32,000 nt of DNA from Edaphobacter aggregans (GTDB lineage: Bacteria; Acidobacteriota; Terriglobia; Terriglobales; Acidobacteriaceae): positions 1-32,000 of the forward strand of contig NZ_RSDW01000001.1 in assembly GCF_003945235.1 (NCBI RefSeq), read 5' to 3'. Of the stretch, positions 9,317-15,556 are shown in pieces. Numbering within the stretch: position 1 is the stretch's first letter; the number at the start of each line of letters is the position of its first letter. The position numbers were made by a program, and so were the translations under genes. The notes beneath the pieces are model-generated. The model saw only the letters and a program-made list of their open reading frames with translations. It searched no databases and had not been told where the DNA came from.

Positions 9317-10186
9317 TCAGGCTTGCCAGAGCCATCTGGCTGTCTCGACGTGCCTGCGGGAGACTTTGGTGTCATCGAAGCACCATGCAAGAGTTTGAAC
9401 CAATGCCCATAGACGGCAACGCTCACGGTCGAGCCCTAGCGATGAAGTCAGCTTGTCGAGACGGTGAACAACGGCAGAGCGACTATGGCCAAACTCGTAG
9501 CTGCGTATGACGGGCGCAAGAGAAAACTCTCGCTCTCCTACCAGGGGTTTGGGGTCGATCACGAGCCAGGGCTCGCGCATGGCTCGCAGAACGTTGTCGC
9601 CGTGTAAGTCCTGATGCAATAGGACCTGGTCACCCTGTGCGCTACTGAGCCGGTCCATCGCCTCAAGAGCCACATCGAGCAATGCACGCTCAAAAGGGCG
9701 CTGCGCGAGCTCCCAACATGACGGCAATTGCTTCCGCCATTCGGCACACTCCTCGGCAAGACTCCTGAATGGCTTTCCGGCGGGCATCCAAAGCCGGGGC
9801 AACATTTCCACCAGGACATCGAGTGCTTGATCGCTATCGATGCTGGAGAGGTGGTCGCCCGGCTCGCAGCGTTCGATTAGTAACGCGTGTTCCTGAGGAT
9901 CGAACTCGTATAGCTGGACCGCACCACGACCCTTCCAAAGCCGCAGTGCCTCGTGCTCGTATTCGGATTCCGCGTGTGGCCACTGAATTTTCAGAACGGC
10001 TGGGAATCGATCCCGCAGGGTGACGGGAAAGACGATCGATACGAAGGATTGTGAGTACGGCGGTTGTAGTCTCAGCTCCCATTTTTCTGTGCATCTTGAT
10101 ACACGGGAAGGCAGCTCAAAGAGCCATTCGCGGCCATGCTCAACACTTTCGAGCCATGCCAATCTGGCTGGGATCTGGAGGGACAT
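9317..10186 (-). CDS. Aminoglycoside phosphotransferase-family kinase, StrB/APH(6)-like
   Basis: The 289-aa protein has a catalytic loop (LLHQDLHGDNVL) followed by WLVIDPKPLVGEREF. This closely follows the StrB pattern LLHGDLHHENIM...WLVIDPVGLVGE. Confidence 0.7.
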   Translation of the reverse strand: MSLQIPARLAWLESVEHGREWLFELPSRVSRCTEKWELRLQPPYSQSFVSIVFPVTLRDRFPAVLKIQWPHAESEYEHEALRLWKGRGAVQLYEFDPQEHALLIERCEPGDHLSSIDSDQALDVLVEMLPRLWMPAGKPFRSLAEECAEWRKQLPSCWELAQRPFERALLDVALEAMDRLSSAQGDQVLLHQDLHGDNVLRAMREPWLVIDPKPLVGEREFSLAPVIRSYEFGHSRSAVVHRLDKLTSSLGLDRERCRLWALVQTLAWCFDDTKVSRRHVETARWLWQA

Positions 10187-10281
10187 GTCAAAGACAGTTT
10201 AGTTGGGCTTGTTCTCGACAGGCCTATGGCGGGTCAGGGCTGGTCAGGCCGATTCCCCGCCGCAGGGCGAAGAGTCGTGGG

Positions 10282-11343
10282 CTATGCTGTGCCCTTGAGC
10301 GAGGCCATGTCGATGGAGAAGCGGTATTTGACGTCGGCCTTCAAAAGCCTGTCATAGGCTTCGTTGACCTTCTGGATGGGGATGACTTCGACGTCGGCGG
10401 TGATGTTTTTCTTGCCGCAGAAGTCGAGCATCTCCTGCGTCTCGGCGATGCCTCCTATGGGCGAGCCGGAGAGACTGCGGCGGCCGAATATGAGATTGAA
10501 AGAGGAGACGGGCATGGGCTTTTCGGGTGCGCCTACGAGAGTGAGGTTTCCGTCGCGGCGCAGGAGGCCGAGCAGAGCGTTGATGTCGTGATCGGCAGAG
10601 ACGCAATCGAGGATGAAGTCGAAGCTGGCGGCGTGCTTGGCCATCTCGTCGGCGTTCTTTGAGATGACGACCTCGTCGGCGCCGAGGCGGAGGGCGTCGT
10701 CTTTTTTGTTGGGAGAGGTGGTGAAGAGGACGACGTGGGCTCCGAGGGCGTGGGCGAACTTGACGCCCATGTGGCCCAGGCCACCGAGTCCGACGATGCC
10801 GACTTTCTTGCCCTTGGTGACTCCCCAGTGGTGGAGGGGCGAGAAGGTGGTGATGCCGGCGCAGAGAAGAGGTGCGGTTCCGGCGAGCGAGAGGTTCGAG
10901 GGGACTTTGAGGACGAAACGCTCGGTGACGACGATCGAGTCGGAGTAGCCGCCGTAGGTGACGCCTCCGGTGTGTTTGTCGGGGAAGTTGTAGGTGAGGG
11001 TCATGTTGGGGCAGAACTGCTCGAAGCCTTGTTTGCACTCGGGACAGGTGCCGTCGGAGTCGACCATGCAGCCGACAGCGGCGAGATCGCCGACTTTGAA
11101 TTTGGTTACGGCTGAGCCGACCTTTGTGACGCGGCCGACGATCTCGTGGCCGGGGACGCAGGGGTATACGGTGGGCATGACGCCGCTCCACTCATTGCGG
11201 GCTTGATGGAGGTCGGAGTGACAGATGCCGCAGAAGAGAATTTCAATTTGTACATCGGTCTCGGTTGGATCGCGCCGCGCGATCGTGGTGGATGCTAGCG
11301 GCGATTTCTCACTGTTGGCTGCGTAAGCCTTTGCGTTGTACAT
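10282..11343 (-). CDS. Zn-dependent NAD(P) alcohol dehydrogenase (cinnamyl-alcohol/YahK-like MDR family)
   Basis: The 353-aa protein has catalytic-Zn motifs (GICHSDLH, PCVPGHEIVG), structural-Zn cysteines (DSDGTCPECKQGFEQFC) and a Rossmann motif (GIVGLGGLGHMG). Confidence 0.9.
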   Translation of the reverse strand: MYNAKAYAANSEKSPLASTTIARRDPTETDVQIEILFCGICHSDLHQARNEWSGVMPTVYPCVPGHEIVGRVTKVGSAVTKFKVGDLAAVGCMVDSDGTCPECKQGFEQFCPNMTLTYNFPDKHTGGVTYGGYSDSIVVTERFVLKVPSNLSLAGTAPLLCAGITTFSPLHHWGVTKGKKVGIVGLGGLGHMGVKFAHALGAHVVLFTTSPNKKDDALRLGADEVVISKNADEMAKHAASFDFILDCVSADHDINALLGLLRRDGNLTLVGAPEKPMPVSSFNLIFGRRSLSGSPIGGIAETQEMLDFCGKKNITADVEVIPIQKVNEAYDRLLKADVKYRFSIDMASLKGTA

Positions 11344-11425
11344 GGGTCTAATGTAGACCGTTTGGTAGCGTTAGCGATACGCCATGCTTTGGGTAAAAGT
11401 ACCCAAGAAAATCGATTCGTTAAAT

Positions 11426-11977
11426 TCAGAATAAAGTTTCCTGCCGACGGTCGTTCTTGCCTGTACCTGACTCGTGATTTAGTAGCCAGGATTTGCGATG
11501 GATTCCGCCGCCGTAGCCTGTGAGTGAGCCGTTGGATCCGATGACACGGTGACAGGGAACGACTACTCCGATGGGGTTGGAGCCATTGGCTAAGCCGACC
11601 GCTCTTACTGCGGTGGGGTGGCCGATTTGTGCGGCTAGTCTGCCGTAGGAGGTAGTTGCGCCGCAGGGAATCTTTCGCAATGCGTTCCATACTTTGCGCT
11701 GGAATGGCGTTCCTGCTGTTTTTACGGGCAGGGTGTCGAGGGCTGTTAGATCACCGGCAAAGTACTTTTCTATGGCGTGCGTTAGGTTGTGGGGGGCGCG
11801 GCCTTCTTCGAGCGTGAATCCATGTTTGCCGTATTGACGTTGTAGCAAGCGAGTCATGCGCGGGTCATATTCTGCCCAATCGATGGCACGGAGATTGCCT
11901 TCGGTGTCGGTTGCGACCAGCATTTCGCCGATGGGGGTGTGTAGATGGTCGAGTAAGAAGCGTAGGGGTTCAGGCAT
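11426..11977 (-). CDS. ogt: Methylated-DNA--protein-cysteine methyltransferase
   Basis: The active site PCHRVIGSNGSLTGYGGG is present. I chose the ATG at 11977 (MPEPLRFLLD...). The track ORF extends upstream to 12088, but that stretch runs inside the preceding gene. The gene overlaps the stop of the upstream gene by 8 nt. Confidence 0.88.
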   Translation of the reverse strand: MPEPLRFLLDHLHTPIGEMLVATDTEGNLRAIDWAEYDPRMTRLLQRQYGKHGFTLEEGRAPHNLTHAIEKYFAGDLTALDTLPVKTAGTPFQRKVWNALRKIPCGATTSYGRLAAQIGHPTAVRAVGLANGSNPIGVVVPCHRVIGSNGSLTGYGGGIHRKSWLLNHESGTGKNDRRQETLF

Positions 11978-13454
11978 GGAGGCTCCTCGATGCGTGGTTT
12001 GTCCATAAGTGTTGTGCGGCGTAGGCTCGCCATGGCCGCCATGATTCGGCGCGTGCTTCAAGATGGGCTGGGGTGGAACATGCTGCATCGATTCCTGCTA
12101 TGCCTCGAAGGAGGCCGACGTCTGTTGATGGGAAGGCATCCATCTCCCGCATGGCGCGTAGAGCGATGTAGTGTGCGGTCCATTCACCTACTCCTCGGAT
12201 GGTGCGTAGTCGTTCGATTGCGGTGTCGATGGTGCCGTGGGGCCAGAAAAGATTCGGGTCGGCTGAGGCGGCTTCTGCTAGTGCTCGCAACGATCTTTCC
12301 CGGGCGGCTGGCATTCCCAGGCCAATTGATTTTGCTCGGGCTAGATGGATGGCTGTGGGGAAGACATGGGTCAGGGCTGGATGAATTGCGTAGGCCGTGG
12401 GTACGGGTTTTCCGTGACGCGCAACCAGCTGCTCCGCGAGACGGCGGGCGGCGGCGACGGTGATTTGTTGGCCAAGAATTGCGCGTACGGCTAACTCAAA
12501 GCCGTCCCATCCGCCGGGGGCGCGCAGGCCGGGACGTTCTGCTACGAGAGGAGCGAGAAGGGGATCGCGGGAGAGGTGGCCATCGATCGTTTCGATGTCG
12601 GCGCCCAGGTCGAAGAGGCGGCGCACGCGACTTACGATTGCTGGCAGAGCCTTGACTTCGGGGAATCGGATGGCGACGGAGAGGCTTTGGTGACGCGGCG
12701 AATGCGATACTTCGACGCTGCCGATTCGGCCGTCGATTTCGACTGTTCGGGCGTACGTGCCGTTATCGACTATCTCCAACCCTAGGATGGCGCGCGCCTG
12801 TAGAAAGCGGAGCATTGACTCCCAGTCGTAGGGAGGCCGATATCGGAGGCGCAGTTTTACTTGTGCTTCTGCGTGGCCGCCGGCGGAGGTTCGATGGCGT
12901 AGTGCGCTCGGAGGACGGTGAAAGAGATCCTGAAAGGTCTCGTTGAATCGGCGCACGCTGCTGAATCCCGATGCGAAGGCGACCTCCGTCATGGGCATTC
13001 CTGTTTCGTGAATCAGCTGTTTGGCGAAGAGGACTCGGCGGGTCTGGGCTACTGCGATGGGAGAGGCGCCGAGGTGCTGAAGGAATAGTCTGCGAAGTTG
13101 GCGTTCGCCCAAACCCAGGCGTTCGGCGAGTTTTTCTACGGTGGCGCCATCCCCGTCGAGGGCTCCGTCATTGATGAGTGCCAAGGCGCGGGAGACTGAG
13201 TTTGATGTGCCTCGCCATGAGGCAAATTGCGGAGCTGTCTCGGGGCGGCAGCGAAGGCAGGGACGAAAGCCTGCTTCCTGCGCTGCGGCAGCCGAGCCAA
13301 AAAAATGGCAATTCTCAGATTTCGCTGTACGGGCTGGACAGACGGGGCGGCAGTAGATTCCGGTTGATCGAACGCCTACGAAGATTAGGCCGTCGAAACG
13401 GGCGTCCCGGCTTTGTAATGCTCGATAACAGACTTCCGGAGGGGGCAGTTCCAT
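11970..13454 (-). CDS. alkA: Fusion of an Ada N-terminal Zn/methylphosphotriester-sensor domain, an AraC HTH and an AlkA 3-methyladenine DNA glycosylase II
   Basis: The N-Ada motif is present (TGIYCRPVCPAR...AGFRPCLRCRP). An AraC-type HTH follows (TEVAFASGFSSVRRFNETF). The C-terminal part is HhH-GPD (GQQITVAAARRL..., IRGVGEWTAHYIALRA, FPSTDVGL). Confidence 0.85.
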   Translation of the reverse strand: MELPPPEVCYRALQSRDARFDGLIFVGVRSTGIYCRPVCPARTAKSENCHFFGSAAAAQEAGFRPCLRCRPETAPQFASWRGTSNSVSRALALINDGALDGDGATVEKLAERLGLGERQLRRLFLQHLGASPIAVAQTRRVLFAKQLIHETGMPMTEVAFASGFSSVRRFNETFQDLFHRPPSALRHRTSAGGHAEAQVKLRLRYRPPYDWESMLRFLQARAILGLEIVDNGTYARTVEIDGRIGSVEVSHSPRHQSLSVAIRFPEVKALPAIVSRVRRLFDLGADIETIDGHLSRDPLLAPLVAERPGLRAPGGWDGFELAVRAILGQQITVAAARRLAEQLVARHGKPVPTAYAIHPALTHVFPTAIHLARAKSIGLGMPAARERSLRALAEAASADPNLFWPHGTIDTAIERLRTIRGVGEWTAHYIALRAMREMDAFPSTDVGLLRGIAGIDAACSTPAHLEARAESWRPWRAYAAQHLWTNHASRSLHA

Positions 13455-13546
13455 AGAGAGATTTTCTCACTCGGTGGAAGGCGAATTAGCGGTTTTCGGA
13501 CATTGTCACCAGGTGATCTGAGCAGGATTACGACGGGTGTGGTTTT

Positions 13547-13562
13547 GATGCGAGAGCGCATC
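13547..13562. promoter_or_regulatory. Palindrome GATGCG-agag-CGCATC in the divergent alkA / dinB-family intergenic region
   Basis: This is a perfect 6+4+6 inverted repeat. It contains AGCGCA, the core of the E. coli Ada box AAAGCGCA, and lies about 41-46 nt upstream of the putative dinB-family transcription start. Confidence 0.3.
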
Positions 13563-13588
13563 GGTTCTGCCAAAGAGAAGGTTCTTCT

Positions 13589-13594
13589 TATAAT
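13589..13594 (+). promoter_or_regulatory. Consensus -10 box TATAAT, 6 nt upstream of the dinB-family ATG
   Basis: TATAAT-ccgtct-ATG, with no Shine-Dalgarno in between. The palindrome AGAAG-gtt-CTTCT (13576..13588) abuts it. Confidence 0.4.
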
Positions 13595-13600
13595 CCGTCT

Positions 13601-14116
13601 ATGTCGCCACTCAGGAAGCTTTTGCTCGCTCAGACCGACTACTCCGCTTGGGCTACCCGGCTGGTGCTGGATGTCTGCTCGCAACTTACGCCTGAGCAAC
13701 TCGATAGCGAGCTTGGTGCTTCGCACTCGAGTGTTCTTCGCACTCTTCGTCATATCCACGATGGCGAACGGGTCTGGCTGCGGCGTTTGATTGAGGTTGA
13801 TAATGTACGACTGCCTCCGGGGCCTGCTCCTGAGCACAGCTTTGAATTGATTGTGCAGTCGTGGCCTGAGCTTTGGCGGGGTTATCGCGAGTGGATCGAA
13901 GCTGCGTCGGAGGATGAGTTGACGGAAGAGATCTCCACGCTGTTGCCTTCGACGGTGCTGGCTGGCGGGGCTGAGCTTCGGGTTCCTCGGTGGCAGATTG
14001 TGCTTCACGCGGTGAACCACTCTACGTTTCATCGCGGGCAGATTATTACTATGCTTCGCTCGCTTGGCGTTACGCCACCTGCTACGGATCTGACGTTCTA
14101 CTGCCTGACGCTCTAG
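13601..14116 (+). CDS. DinB-family (four-helix-bundle, metal-binding) protein
   Basis: The 171-aa protein shows the DinB-family pattern (TDYSAWATRLVLD..., LRHIHDGERVW, HAVNHSTFHRGQI). Confidence 0.8.
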   Translation: MSPLRKLLLAQTDYSAWATRLVLDVCSQLTPEQLDSELGASHSSVLRTLRHIHDGERVWLRRLIEVDNVRLPPGPAPEHSFELIVQSWPELWRGYREWIEAASEDELTEEISTLLPSTVLAGGAELRVPRWQIVLHAVNHSTFHRGQIITMLRSLGVTPPATDLTFYCLTL

Positions 14117-14651
14117 AAGTGGTTTCCAGATGCTGTTTCTGGAGGTTGGCGGCCATCTCGGCTAGTTTGGCGATGGTGTTCATGTTGCGGGCTGTGCCTT
14201 CTTTAGCGGCGGGGATCTTGAGGCGGGAGTCGGCCATGCCGGGGCCGTAGTGGACGTAGATTTCTCGCAGGCCTAGTTGAACTTTTTCGTCCTTTTGCCC
14301 GGTGGCGTAGTGGAGGGCGTCGGCTGGCGGCTGCAGGTCGAGAAAGATGGCGACGGTGCAGTTGCGTGGGGTGTTGGGAAAGGGATTTGCAGCGAGGACT
14401 GCTGCCATTTCGGCTGCGGTTCGGATGAGGACGCCGACGGGTTTGCCGGCGTAGGCGGCGAGGCTTTGCTGGAGGGCCGATTTGACCTTGGCCTCGGAGA
14501 GGCGGCTTTCGAAGACGACATTGCCGCTGGCGATGAAGGTTCGGACTTTGGTGAAGCCGGACTTCATACACATCGACTGGAGATCCTGCATGGGAAGTTT
14601 GCCGGTGCCGCCGACATTGACCGCTCGGAGAAGAGCGACGTATGCGTTCAT
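14082..14651 (-). CDS. DUF1697 domain protein
   Basis: The 189-aa protein has the characteristic N-terminus YVALLRAVNVGGTGKLPMQDL. Its 3' end overlaps the convergent dinB-family gene by 35 nt. Confidence 0.8.
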   Translation of the reverse strand: MNAYVALLRAVNVGGTGKLPMQDLQSMCMKSGFTKVRTFIASGNVVFESRLSEAKVKSALQQSLAAYAGKPVGVLIRTAAEMAAVLAANPFPNTPRNCTVAIFLDLQPPADALHYATGQKDEKVQLGLREIYVHYGPGMADSRLKIPAAKEGTARNMNTIAKLAEMAANLQKQHLETTSRASGSRTSDP

Positions 14652-14694
14652 GTTGCCGTTAGATGCCTATAGCATGGAGGAGAGGTGTTTTTGA

Positions 14695-15009
14695 GTGGCT
14701 CAGTGGGTCAGGTTGTGTAGTTTGGCGGAGGCTCCGGCGGTGGGGCAGGTGATGGAGGCCGAGGTTCAGGGCGTTGGGGTATGCCTGGCGAACGTGGGTG
14801 GGGAGCTTTCGGCGCTGGATAATGTGTGTCCACATCGGCAGGGGCCTCTGGGGCAGGGGTGGGTGGAGGGCGAGATGGTGGTGTGTCCGTGGCACTCGTG
14901 GGCTTTCCATGCGAAGACGGGGGTGGCGGAGTATCCGGAGGGGGAACGGGTGGGGTCGTTTGCGGTGCGGGTTGAGGGGCAGGATGTGTTGGTGGAGATC
15001 GGTAGGTAA
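14695..15009 (+). CDS. Small Rieske [2Fe-2S] protein (NirD-like)
   Basis: The 104-aa protein has CPH-x16-CPWH (CPHRQGPLGQGWVEGEMVVCPWH). It starts at a GTG 8 nt after GGAGGAGAGG. Confidence 0.75.
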   Translation: MAQWVRLCSLAEAPAVGQVMEAEVQGVGVCLANVGGELSALDNVCPHRQGPLGQGWVEGEMVVCPWHSWAFHAKTGVAEYPEGERVGSFAVRVEGQDVLVEIGR

Positions 15010-15039
15010 CTTCCGGCAGGGTTAGTGTTCAGGGACTAT

Positions 15040-15115
15040 AGGCAACGCAGGTCCCTTCGACAAGCTCAGGGCAGGCTCTTCGACTTCGCTAGGCTTCGCT
15101 CAGGTGACACCTTTT
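15040..15115. repeat. REP-like intergenic element with internal direct repeats
   Basis: CTTCGAC occurs twice (15055, 15078) and GCTCAGG occurs twice (15064, 15098). The element would translate as ...PFDKLRAGSS..GFAQ.., a pattern I recall from dispersed intergenic repeats in soil bacteria. Copy number cannot be assessed from one window. Confidence 0.3.
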
Positions 15116-15124
15116 CGCACTGAG

Positions 15125-15148
15125 TATCAGGTGTCAGCTATCAGGTGT
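15125..15148 (+). repeat. Direct repeat TATCAGGTGT x2 (14-bp period), with a third CAGGTG at 15101
   Basis: There are two exact 10-mers at 15125..15134 and 15139..15148, both seen directly in the sequence. Confidence 0.5.
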
Positions 15149-15299
15149 TGGTCGTCAGTTCCGGGTGTTGGAGATGAGCGGTGTTTCGGGGGAATCAAGG
15201 GGGGAACATCGGGGAGATAGAGACATCTTTTCAGTGGAAAGCGTGTTAACAATGAGTAGCCGCTGAAGAACGGCGGTTGAGATAGGGAGAGGCTTTTAC

Positions 15300-15419
15300 A
15301 TGAAGATGCGCAATGTACTTTTGGGTGTTATTGCACTGGTCATTCTTGCAGGCATGGCTGTTCCGGCAAACGCCGCTGTTCATCACCGTCATCATCGTCA
15401 CCATCATCACAAGAGGTAG
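15300..15419 (+). CDS. 39-codon ORF with a signal-peptide-like N-terminus and a His/Arg-rich C-terminal 14-mer
   Basis: Translation is MKMRNVLLGVIALVILAGMAVPANA|AVHHRHHRHHHHKR. GGGAGAGG lies 7 nt upstream of the ATG, and an intrinsic terminator starts 25 nt after the stop. The ORF falls below the track's length cut-off. Confidence 0.5.
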   Translation: MKMRNVLLGVIALVILAGMAVPANAAVHHRHHRHHHHKR

Positions 15420-15443
15420 ATTTTGATTGATTGTTCACACGGG

Positions 15444-15473
15444 GGCTCGGCGAACCTGCCGGGCCTCTTTTTT
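15444..15473 (+). terminator. Rho-independent terminator after the His-rich micro-ORF
   Basis: GGCTCGGC-gaacct-GCCGGGCC forms an 8-bp stem (one G.U pair), followed by TCTTTTTT. Confidence 0.6.
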
Positions 15474-15519
15474 GTGTTGAGGGAATTCGTGAACAAGTGC
15501 CGTACGGGGGCGCGGATAC

Positions 15520-15528
15520 TGATAGAAT
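15520..15528 (+). promoter_or_regulatory. Candidate extended -10 promoter (TGaTAGAAT) for carA
   Basis: TGATAGAAT lies 29 nt upstream of the carA ATG and downstream of the preceding terminator. No good -35 element is seen. Confidence 0.3.
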
Positions 15529-15556
15529 CTATTAAATCCACTCCTTCGGAGAGGCA

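Noticed and set aside
7428-11343. The hydrolase / APH / ADH block read as a horizontally acquired accessory or resistance island.
   Set aside because: No integrase, transposase, IS ends, tRNA target or direct-repeat boundaries are visible. Base composition looks the same as the flanking core genes.
11978-12088. The N-terminal 37-aa extension of the ogt track ORF.
   Set aside because: It runs inside the adaA-alkA coding region in another frame. The ATG at 11977 gives a normal-length Ogt and a stop/start overlap typical of coupled genes.
15235-15251. TGGAAAG-cgtg-TTAACA read as a sigma-54 (-24/-12) promoter upstream of the micro-ORF.
   Set aside because: The -12 element lacks the essential GC (TTAACA instead of TTGC). 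The only match is the GG at -24.
15381-15473. The His/Arg codon run plus terminator read as a ribosome-mediated attenuator (leader peptide) controlling carA.
   Set aside because: By eye I could not find an antiterminator segment able to pair with the 5' arm of the terminator (GGCTCGGC). The peptide is long and has a signal-like hydrophobic core, unlike known leader peptides. His codons make no sense for carAB. carA also has its own extended -10 candidate downstream of the terminator. An RNA-folding calculation of 15380..15480 would settle this.
15537-15556. The small hairpin CTCC-ttc-GGAG overlapping the carA RBS, together with UCC...GGAGAGGC, read as a PyrR-type binding loop.
   Set aside because: The stem is only 4 bp. 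The resemblance to the PyrR consensus (UCCAGAGAGGCU) is partial and is explained by the SD itself. No terminator/antiterminator pair follows.
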